This document shows, piece by piece, positions 30,385 to 39,000 of a DNA stretch of 49,306 nt. The notes beneath the pieces are model-generated. The model had not been told where the DNA came from, made no database searches, and was given only the letters and a program-made list of their open reading frames with translations. The stretch comes from Microbacterium sp. (GTDB lineage: Bacteria > Actinomycetota > Actinomycetes > Actinomycetales > Microbacteriaceae), in NCBI GenBank assembly GCA_052092505.1, contig JBQDDT010000001.1:1-49306 (forward strand), written 5' to 3'. The position numbers and the translations under genes were made by a program. How positions within the stretch are numbered: position 1 is the stretch's first letter; every line of letters begins with the position of its first letter.

Positions 30385-31511
30385 CGGGGTGGCGCGCCAG
30401 GAGCGTGCGCTCGCTGCTGGCGTTCGTCTACGGCATCATCAAGCTCTGCACGGCCCAGCGGAGCGACAAGGTCGTGTTCCTCGGGCGGAGGATGAACCGC
30501 CTCCCGCTCGATTTCCGCCTGCTGATCGAGGAGCTCGAGCGCCGTGAGCCCGGCATCGAGACCGTGGCGATCTCGCGCTTCGTGAAGGGCGACGACCGGG
30601 AGGCGCTGTCCTTCTTCGTCGACGTGCTGCGCAGCATGTACCACCTCGCGACGGCGAAGGTGTGCGTGCTCGACTCGTACTGGCCGACCGTGTCGATGCT
30701 CGAGCACAAGCCGGGCCTCACCGTGTATCAGCTCTGGCACTCGCTCGGGAAGATCAAGCAGTCGGGGAAGCAGGCGCTCGGCCGGGTCGGCGGGCGCTCC
30801 GTGCAGGTCGCGCGGGCCCTGCGGATGCACGAGGGCTACGACTACGTGGTCGCGGGCGCCGAGGTCTGGAACCCGCACTACTGCGCGTCGTTCGGCGTGA
30901 CCCGCGATCAGATCCTGAACGTCGGGCTCCCGCGCGCCGACTACCTCGTGAGCGAGCGCGAGGCCGTCGCCGCGCGGATCCGGGAGGCGCACCCTGAGCT
31001 CGGCCGCCGCAAGCCGGTCGTGCTGTACGTGCCGACGTTCCGCCGCTGGGGGCGCGCGGCCGGAGCGGTGAAGCTCGCTCGGGCCCTCGATCTCGACCGG
31101 TACGACCTCGTCGTCAAACAGCACGAGAGCGACCGGATGCTCCCGCCGCGCGAAGAGCACTTCACCTGCCCTGGCTTCACCGGCACCCAGCTGCTGACAG
31201 TCGCTGACTATGTCGTGACCGACTACTCGTCGATCGCCCTCGAGGCCGCGATCCTCGACGTGAAGACCCTCTACTTCGTCTACGACTACGAGCGGTACCT
31301 CGACGACAACGGCGTCAACATCGACCTCTACCGCGAGATGCCGGGGTGCGTCTTCCAGGACGCCGGCGCGCTCGCCGCGGCCATCGACGGGGAGTATCCG
31401 ATCGATGTGCTCTCGAGCTACAAGGAGCGCTTCCTGTTCCACGATCCCGGCCACTCCACGCGCGATCTCGTCGACCACATGTTCGAGGTGGGTGAGCTGT
31501 GCACCCGATGA
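30381..31511 (+). CDS. CDP-glycerol/ribitol:polymer phosphotransferase family (TagB/TagF-like)
   Basis: QLWHSLG, GLPRAD, VLYVPTFR, VVTDYSS, YDYERY; ATGA overlaps at both ends (C-terminal part of ORF 27591..31511). Confidence 0.85.
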   Translation: MTGWRARSVRSLLAFVYGIIKLCTAQRSDKVVFLGRRMNRLPLDFRLLIEELERREPGIETVAISRFVKGDDREALSFFVDVLRSMYHLATAKVCVLDSYWPTVSMLEHKPGLTVYQLWHSLGKIKQSGKQALGRVGGRSVQVARALRMHEGYDYVVAGAEVWNPHYCASFGVTRDQILNVGLPRADYLVSEREAVAARIREAHPELGRRKPVVLYVPTFRRWGRAAGAVKLARALDLDRYDLVVKQHESDRMLPPREEHFTCPGFTGTQLLTVADYVVTDYSSIALEAAILDVKTLYFVYDYERYLDDNGVNIDLYREMPGCVFQDAGALAAAIDGEYPIDVLSSYKERFLFHDPGHSTRDLVDHMFEVGELCTR

Positions 31512-32548
31512 TCCGGCGCCTCGTGCGCAAGGCGAAGCTCGCGTACCAGTGGGTCACCCGCATCCTGCTCGCCCCCAACCGCTTCGGCGTCCCCCTGCTC
31601 ACGCGCCTCCGGCTGGCGGTGTTCGGCGGGTTCATCGGCGACCAGTACGCGCTGTACGACCTGAAGCACCGCTCGAAGCGCGAGTACCTCTCGGAGTTCG
31701 ACTGGTATCGCTCCCGGTGGATCAACGAGCCCTTCGACGCGATGCTGAACAACAAGATCATCTGCAACGAGGTGCTCCAGCCGCACATCGCCGTGTCGCC
31801 GATCTTCTTCGTGAAGAACAAGGGCAGGCTCGTGCGCACCGGAGACGGGCGCGCGCGTGTCAGCGTCGACGACGTGATCGCGAGCCTGCGCGAGCACGGG
31901 TCGCTCTTCCTCAAGCCCCTCACCGCGGGCAAGGGCAAGGGCGTGCATCGCCTCGACGCGCAGGACGGGGCGCTGTTCGTCGACGAGGTCGAGCACTCGG
32001 AGACCGAGCTGACGGCGTTCCTCGATGCGCAGGTCGACTGGCTCCTCACGAAGACCGTCGCCCAGCACCCCGATCTGGCGGCGATCTTCCCGCGCGCGAC
32101 GAACACGATCCGCCTGATCACGGTGCGCACGGGCGACGGCGGCGCGAAGCCGCTGTTCGCGGTGCTGCGGATCGGCACGGTGTCGACGATCCCCGTCGAC
32201 AACGGCAGTCGCGGCGGCCTCGTCGCCCGGATCGACCTCGAGAGCGGGGTCCTCAGCGAGGCGCGCACGCTCTGGTCGCACGACGTGTTCACGCACCATC
32301 CCGACACGGACGCGCCGATCGCCGGCGCGGTGGTCCCGCGGTGGGACGAGGTCCTCGGCGACGCGCTCAGGGTGGCCGACGCGTTCCCCTTCCTGCAGCT
32401 GGTCGCCTGGGACTTCCTCGTCGGGGAGGACGGCGTGTGGGTGATCGAGGCGAACACCTCGTCCGGCGTCAACATCGTCCAGCTCTGGGGCGGGCAGCGA
32501 AACGGCGCGCTCGGCGACTTCTACCGGTCCCACGGGGTGATCCGGTAG
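31508..32548 (+). CDS. Single-domain sugar-transfer-associated ATP-grasp ligase
   Basis: MLNNK, FLKPLTAGKGKGV, QHPDL, TNTIRLIT, VDNGSRGG, HPDT, LVAWDF, IEANT; ATG 31508 overlaps upstream stop. Confidence 0.82.
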   Translation: MIRRLVRKAKLAYQWVTRILLAPNRFGVPLLTRLRLAVFGGFIGDQYALYDLKHRSKREYLSEFDWYRSRWINEPFDAMLNNKIICNEVLQPHIAVSPIFFVKNKGRLVRTGDGRARVSVDDVIASLREHGSLFLKPLTAGKGKGVHRLDAQDGALFVDEVEHSETELTAFLDAQVDWLLTKTVAQHPDLAAIFPRATNTIRLITVRTGDGGAKPLFAVLRIGTVSTIPVDNGSRGGLVARIDLESGVLSEARTLWSHDVFTHHPDTDAPIAGAVVPRWDEVLGDALRVADAFPFLQLVAWDFLVGEDGVWVIEANTSSGVNIVQLWGGQRNGALGDFYRSHGVIR

Positions 32549-32551
32549 CGC

Positions 32552-33181
32552 ATGCGGTACGTCATCATGGCGAACGGCCGCGGCACCCGCTGGAACGCGC
32601 ACCGCGGCATCACGAAGCACTTCATCGAGTTCGGGGGAGAGACGCTGCTGCGCCGGATCGTGCGCCAGGTCGCCGCGGCCGATCCGGGAAGCGACATCGT
32701 GATCTCGTCGGCCAACCCCGCGTACGAGACGCCGGGGGCTCGCCGGCATGCGCCCGTGCGCAACGAGCTCGAGATCGACCGCTTCGTGCCGGAGCTGATC
32801 GACGGCCCCGTGTGCTTCCTCTACGGCGACACGCTCTACGAGGATGCGGCGATCGAGGAGATCGTGTCCGGGCCGGTGGGAGAGCTCGAGTTCTTCGGCG
32901 AGCTGTCGGGGATCATCGCCGTGCGCTCGAGCGCGCCCGACACCTTCCACGCGCACCTCGAGCGGGTGAGGAGCCTGTACCTCGACGGTGAGATCGCCGA
33001 GTGCCGCGGATGGCAGCTGTACCAGTCGTATGAGGGCCTGCCGTTCGGGGAGATCCGGCTCGGGTCCGGCTTCCGCCGCACGACGAGCAGGTCGGTGGGA
33101 TTCAACTCCCCGACCGACCTCGAGGCCTTCGAGCAGTGGTACCGCGAGGCGCCGGCGACGCACGATCGGGGGAGCCTGTGA
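32552..33181 (+). CDS. Short NTP transferase (LicC/PntC-like cytidylyltransferase fold)
   Basis: VIMANGRGTRW, TKHFI..GETLLRR, FLYGDT, FNSPTDL. Confidence 0.72.
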   Translation: MRYVIMANGRGTRWNAHRGITKHFIEFGGETLLRRIVRQVAAADPGSDIVISSANPAYETPGARRHAPVRNELEIDRFVPELIDGPVCFLYGDTLYEDAAIEEIVSGPVGELEFFGELSGIIAVRSSAPDTFHAHLERVRSLYLDGEIAECRGWQLYQSYEGLPFGEIRLGSGFRRTTSRSVGFNSPTDLEAFEQWYREAPATHDRGSL

Positions 33182-33271
33182 TGCCCGCCGGCTTCCGCCT
33201 CGCGACGCGCGGCGCCCGCCGTCGCGCCCCCCTGCCGGTACGATCGACCAATCTCACAGAGGGGGGACTCC

Positions 33272-34105
33272 GTGCCCGGAAGGTCTGAGACGCGCAGGAG
33301 GCCGCGCCTGCGGCGCGTCGTCCTGGCCGCCGCCGTCTTCGTCGTGCTCGTGGGGGCGTGGTGGCTCATCACGGCCGTCGGGCTCGTCCCTCCTGCCTAC
33401 CTGCCGACGCCCGGAGCCGTGGTCGAGGCGTTCGTCCAGGCCAACACGTGCCGCCCGATCGCGGAGGGCAGCTCCCGCGTCGTGTGCGGCGAGTTCGACT
33501 ACTTCATGTGGCAGCACCTCGTCGCCTCCCTCGGCAGGATCGGGATCGGCGTGGGGACCGCGATCGTCCTGGGGCCGATCGTCGGCTTCCTCATGGGCAC
33601 GATCAGCTGGCTGCACGACGCGTTCGATCCGTATCTGAACTTCCTGCGCGCGCTGCCCCCGCTCGGCTACGTCGGCCTGCTGATCGTGTGGTTCGGGATC
33701 GGCGACGTGTCGAAGTACTGGCTTCTGTTCCTGGCCGCGTTCCCGCCGCTCGTCATCGCCACGATGAACGGCGTGCGGGGCGTGAAGCAGGACCACATCA
33801 GGGCGGCGCAGTCGATGGGAGCCACCCGCTTCCAGGTCGCCACCCGCGTCCTGCTGCCCAGCGTGCTGCCGGAGCTGCTCAGCGGCATCCGCATCGCGAC
33901 GGGCTTCGCCTGGACCACCGTCGTCGCCGCGGAGCTGAACAACGGCATCCCCGGCATCGGCGGTCTCGCCTATCAGTCCGGCACCCAGATCCAGACGGCG
34001 CTCACGATCGCGAGCATCATCGTGATCGGAATCGTGGCCGTGGCGCTCGACTCGCTGATCAAGGCGCTGTCGAAGATCCTGACGCCATGGCAGGGCCGTT
34101 CCTGA
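33272..34105 (+). CDS. ABC transporter permease, TauC/SsuC family
   Basis: LPTPGAV, LRALPPLGY, LIVWFGIG, AAQSMGA (EAA-like), WTTVVAAE. Confidence 0.88.
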   Translation: MPGRSETRRRPRLRRVVLAAAVFVVLVGAWWLITAVGLVPPAYLPTPGAVVEAFVQANTCRPIAEGSSRVVCGEFDYFMWQHLVASLGRIGIGVGTAIVLGPIVGFLMGTISWLHDAFDPYLNFLRALPPLGYVGLLIVWFGIGDVSKYWLLFLAAFPPLVIATMNGVRGVKQDHIRAAQSMGATRFQVATRVLLPSVLPELLSGIRIATGFAWTTVVAAELNNGIPGIGGLAYQSGTQIQTALTIASIIVIGIVAVALDSLIKALSKILTPWQGRS

Positions 34106-34125
34106 CCACCCCTCGGAGGAGAAAC

Positions 34126-35187
34126 ATGACGCGCAACAAGACACTCGCGGCGACGGTCACCGCGCTCGCGGGGATCGCGCTTCTCAGCGGATGCGTGACG
34201 CCCCAGTCCAGCGGGAACGGGGGTGCGGATGCCGAGCTCACCGAGTGCCCCGTCGACGTCGACGAGTCGATCGACACGGAGGTCGACATCGCGTACCAGC
34301 CGATCCCGAACGGCGACCTGATCGTGAAGGACCTCGGCTGGCTCGAGACGTGCATGCCGAACGCGACGATCAACTGGAGCCAGTACTCGTCGGGCGCGGA
34401 CGTCGTGCAGGCGTTCGGGGCGAACTCGGCCGACATCGGCCTCGTCGGCTCCGGGCCGGCCGTGAAGCTGCTGGCCGAGCCCCTGGCCCTCGACGTGAAG
34501 ACGATCTGGATCTTCGACGTCATCGGCGCGGCCGAGTCGCTCATCACGCAGGAGGAGCTGTCGTCGGTCGAGGACCTGAAGGGCAAGACCGTCGCCGTCC
34601 CGTTCGGGTCGACCGCGCACTACTCGCTGACCGCGGCGCTCGACGAGGCGGGGATGACGGCGAAGGACATCGACCTCATCAACCTCGAGCCCGACGCGAT
34701 GCTCGCCGCATGGGAGCGCGGGGAGATCGACGCGGCATGGGTGTGGAACCCGACGCTGGCGCAGCTCGAGAAGGAAGGGCACCTGCTCCTCACCGCCGCC
34801 GAGACCGCCGAGGCGGGCCGCGCGACGTACGACCTCGCCGGCGGCACGACGGAGTTCGTCGAGGGCAACCCGGAGTTCATGGACGTGTGGACCGCCGCGC
34901 AGAACGCGGCGAGCGACATGATCCAGAACGACACCGACACGGCGGCCGAGAGCGTCGCCATCGAGCTCGGCGTCTCGGTCGACGAGGTGAAGACGCAGTT
35001 CGAGGGGTACGAGTACCCGACCGCGTCCGAGCAGCTCGACGACGCCTACTTCGGTGGCGGACTGGGCGACACCCTGCTGTCGACCGCGGAGTTCCTCACC
35101 GACCAGGGCGAGGTCGACGGCATCGGCGACGAGAAGCGCTACGCCGAGGCGCCGTGGAGCGACGCGATCGAGAACGCGGCGCAGTGA
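34126..35187 (+). CDS. ABC substrate-binding lipoprotein, TauA-like
   Basis: Lipobox LLSGC; IAYQ, W..YSSGADV, DIGLVGSGP, AESL, VAVPFGSTAHYSL, AAWERGEIDAAWVWNP resemble TauA; SD GGAGGAG. Confidence 0.85.
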   Translation: MTRNKTLAATVTALAGIALLSGCVTPQSSGNGGADAELTECPVDVDESIDTEVDIAYQPIPNGDLIVKDLGWLETCMPNATINWSQYSSGADVVQAFGANSADIGLVGSGPAVKLLAEPLALDVKTIWIFDVIGAAESLITQEELSSVEDLKGKTVAVPFGSTAHYSLTAALDEAGMTAKDIDLINLEPDAMLAAWERGEIDAAWVWNPTLAQLEKEGHLLLTAAETAEAGRATYDLAGGTTEFVEGNPEFMDVWTAAQNAASDMIQNDTDTAAESVAIELGVSVDEVKTQFEGYEYPTASEQLDDAYFGGGLGDTLLSTAEFLTDQGEVDGIGDEKRYAEAPWSDAIENAAQ

Positions 35188-35972
35188 TGAAGCTCAGCCT
35201 GGCCGGCGTCACGCAGCAGTACGTGACGGACAAGGGGGAGAGGGTCGACGCCCTCGGCTCCACCGACCTCGACATCGAGGAGGGCCAGTTCGTGTGCGTC
35301 GTGGGGCCGTCGGGCTGCGGCAAGTCGACCCTGCTGAACATCATCGCCGGGTTCCTCGAGCCCACGACCGGCACCGTGCGGATGGACGGCGAGGAGATCA
35401 CCGGGCCGGACCGCGCCCGCGGGGTCGTGTTCCAGCAGCCGACGCTCTTCCCGTGGCTGACGGTGCGCCGCAACGTCGAGTTCGGGCTGAAGCTGAAGGG
35501 GCTCTCGGCCGACGAGCGCGGCCGCGCGGCCGCCGACGCGCTCGAGCTCGTCGGGCTGTCGGACTTCCATGAGAGCAAGCCGTACGAGCTCTCGGGCGGG
35601 ATGCAGCAGCGCACGCAGATCGCGCGCGTGCTGGCGAACGATCCGTCGGTCGTGCTCATGGACGAGCCGTTCGGGGCGCTCGACGCGATCACGAGGGAGA
35701 AGATGCAGAACGATCTCCTCGACGTGTCGCGCGAGAAGAGGAAGACGGTGTTCTTCATCACGCACAGCGTCGATGAGGCGATCGTGCTCGGGGAGCGGGT
35801 GCTCGTGATGAGCCCGCGACCCGGCCAGATCGTGCGGGACGTCCCCGTCGCGATCTCGAAGGCGTACGGTCGGCCGCTGAAGGGCGCGGAGATCCGTGAG
35901 ACCCCGGAGTTCAGTGAGATGCGCGACTCGATCGCGTCGAGCATCGGGATGTCGGCGGACGCCGCGGCGTGA
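35187..35972 (+). CDS. ABC ATPase, TauB/SsuB family
   Basis: GPSGCGKST, VVFQ, LSGGMQQR, LMDEPFGALD, ITHSVDEA; TGATG overlap. Confidence 0.92.
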   Translation: MKLSLAGVTQQYVTDKGERVDALGSTDLDIEEGQFVCVVGPSGCGKSTLLNIIAGFLEPTTGTVRMDGEEITGPDRARGVVFQQPTLFPWLTVRRNVEFGLKLKGLSADERGRAAADALELVGLSDFHESKPYELSGGMQQRTQIARVLANDPSVVLMDEPFGALDAITREKMQNDLLDVSREKRKTVFFITHSVDEAIVLGERVLVMSPRPGQIVRDVPVAISKAYGRPLKGAEIRETPEFSEMRDSIASSIGMSADAAA

Positions 35973-36002
35973 TGCTGCGACGTGGTGTGGAAGGACCGGA
36001 AC

Positions 36003-39000
36003 ATGGCTGATGGCGACATGATCCGCAGGGCACGCTCCGTCGCGCGCAAGGTGAAGCGCCGCGTGCAGGCGGCGACGAACACTCCCGATGCGGCGATGAG
36101 TGCCGCGGCGGATGGCGTGGTGAGGGTGACGGCCGGCGGCGACCGCACGGAGGCCGTGCCGAGACGACCGCGGGCGAAGATGGTCACGGAAGCCGGTGTC
36201 CTCTTCCAGATCGCCGACGGCGAGGCGAAGGTCACCGGTCTCGAAGAGGGGGTCGTCGAGGCCATGATCCCCGCGGAGGTCGCCGGAGCCGTCGTCACGA
36301 CGATCGGGCGCGAGGCGTTCCAGGACAGTGTGGACCTCATCGCGGTCCGGATCCCCGAGTCCCTCACCGTGCTCGGCGCTCGGGCGTTCGTCGGCTGCAC
36401 CTCGCTCACCGACGTCGAGCTGCCGAGCGATCTGACGGTGATTAACGCGAGTGCCTTCGAGGGGTGCACGGCGCTCGAGCGCGTCATCCTCCCTCACGAG
36501 CTGCAGCGCATCGCGCGGCGTGCGTTCGCCGGCTGCACCGCGCTGGCGGAGATGCCCCACTACGTGAAGACCGGCATCAGCATCGGCCTCACGGTGGATC
36601 GGACGATCGTCGAGGAGGCCTTCCCGACGGAGCTCCGCCACATCGGAGAGGAGGCGTTCTCCGGGTGCGGTGCGCTCCGCAAGGTGGTCATCCCGTTCCG
36701 CACGGAGAAGCTCCCCCGGGGAGTCTTCCGGGGGTGCACCGCGCTCGAGACCGTCTGGCTGCATGCGGGCATCACGGAGATCGGCGCGGGCGCCTTCGCC
36801 GCGTGCCGCGAGCTCGACCGCATCTCCGTCCCCGCCGCGACCGAGACGATCGGTGAGGGCGCCTTCCCCGCGCAGGTGACGATCGTGTGCGCCGAGGGCT
36901 CCGCCGCCCGCGCTCACGCGGAGTCCGCCGGTCTGCGCACCTCCGACGCGACGGCCGTCGGCGAGCCCATCCACTCCGCATTCGGTGCGACCGCGTCGCC
37001 GACGGTCGCGGACGTCGTCGCCTCGCCCGAGTCGACCCAGGCGTTCCTCGACCGGTACGCGCTGCGCCCGGCGGCGGAGCCCATCGCCCGCCCGGACACC
37101 GAGATGATCGACCGTCCATCGTCGCCCAGCCGGTTCCGGCTGCGGGACGGGGTGTACGAGCCGATCGCCGGCTCCGATGCGGGTGGTGAGGTGACGCTGT
37201 CGATGGTCGGCGATCTGATGTGCCGCTTCCGTCAGCAGGAGACGGCTCTCGTCGACGGCGAGTTCGACTTCTCGGAGAGCTTCCGCGACGTCAAGCCGCT
37301 CCTCGAGGATTCCGATCTGGCGATCGGCAATCTCGAGGCGATGCTCTCGACGTCGGTCCCCTACATGTTCGAGTCGAAGTACGTCGAGGATCGTCCCCAC
37401 CTGAACGCACCGCCGGCGTTCGCCGCCGCCGTGCGGGACGGGGGGTTCGACATGGTGCTCAACGCACAGAACCACATGTACGACGCGGGTGCGCAGGGCG
37501 TGCTCGAGACGCTCGACGCGCTCAACCGTGCCGAGCTGATCCACGGGGGTCTCTACGCGTCGCCGGAGGAATCGAGATTCCAGCTGTTCCGAATCAAGGG
37601 GATCACCCTCGGCGTCGTCTCGTACCTCGACGGTGCCCGTCAGAAGATGAAGCAGGCGAACTTCACGCCGGAGGGCCTCGCCGCCACCGCGAGCCCCTTC
37701 GATGCGGAGCGGGTGCGCGAGGACATCGCGGCCGCACGCGAGGCCGGGGCGGAGTTCGTTCTCGCCTACGCGCACTGGGGGCGCGAGTACACCGACCACA
37801 TCACGCAGCGGCAGCAGCGGTTCGCCCGGATGTTGGTCGACGGCGGCGTGGATTACGTCTTCGGGTCGCACTCGCATTGCCCGCAGCCGTACACGATCAT
37901 GACGGCGCAGGACGGCAAGCGGGTCCCCGTGATCTACTCCGGAGGGAACTTCGTCTCCGACATCGGGCTCGCCCGTCCGATCACACAGGACACGTTCGTC
38001 GCCCGCCTGACGCTCGGACGCGACGCAGGCGGCTCGGTGCAGATCCTCCGCGACGGCTACGTGCCGTGCCGCATCGTCGAGGGGCGCGACATCCGCGGAT
38101 TCGTCCGCGTGGTTCCCTGCGATGAGCTCATCTCCGGGACGCAGGACTACAGCCAGCTCCAGGCGGAAGAGGACGTGAGCCGCATCTCCGCGGCGCTCGG
38201 CCGACAGTACTCGCGACTCGCGGCCGACGGGTCACCGATGCCGGAGCGCGAGGATGCGGCGCGAGGGATGACGCCGGAGGACGAGCTCGTCGACGCCTAC
38301 GCGCTGCGCGAGCCGGCATTCCTTCGCCAGGAGCACGTCGTCGACGCCGGGCGCGCTCCGTCGTACCGCTTCGACGCGTCGTCCGAGGCGTGGCGGCGCG
38401 AGCACGACACGAGCGTCGGCGAGGCGATCCTCGTGTGCGCCGGATCGATCCTCTACGACAGCGCGCTCGAGCGCGCGGCCGAGGTCGGGGACCGGTACGA
38501 GTTCCGCTCGCACTTCCGTCACGTCCGCGAGGCCCTCGGTGCAGGCGACCTCGCCGTCGGCAGCCTCGGCACGATCGTCGCCGACATGTATCCGCCGATG
38601 TCGGTCATGGCGCGCGAGCTGGCCCGCGGTCACTACGCGAACGCGCGACCGGAGTACCTCGACGCGCTCCGGTTCGCCGGCTTCGACTGCCTCGCGCTCG
38701 CCAACCCGTACAACCTCGATGCCGGCGTGCGCGGGGTCGCGGCGACCGAGCGAGCCGTTCTCGAGAGCGGGATCGTCCCGAGCGGGATCGGCCGGAAGAA
38801 GACCCCGATCATCGACGTCAACGGCATCAGGATCGCGGTGTTCTCGCTCACCCTGAACGAGTACAGCATGCGCACCTACCTCACGGAGGAGGGCGCCGGA
38901 GCGATCCTCAATGTGTTCGACGAGCAACGTGCGCGTGTCGACATCGCGACAGCGCGTGAAACGGGCGCGGAGTTCGTCCTCGTCTACCTCGACTGCCGCT

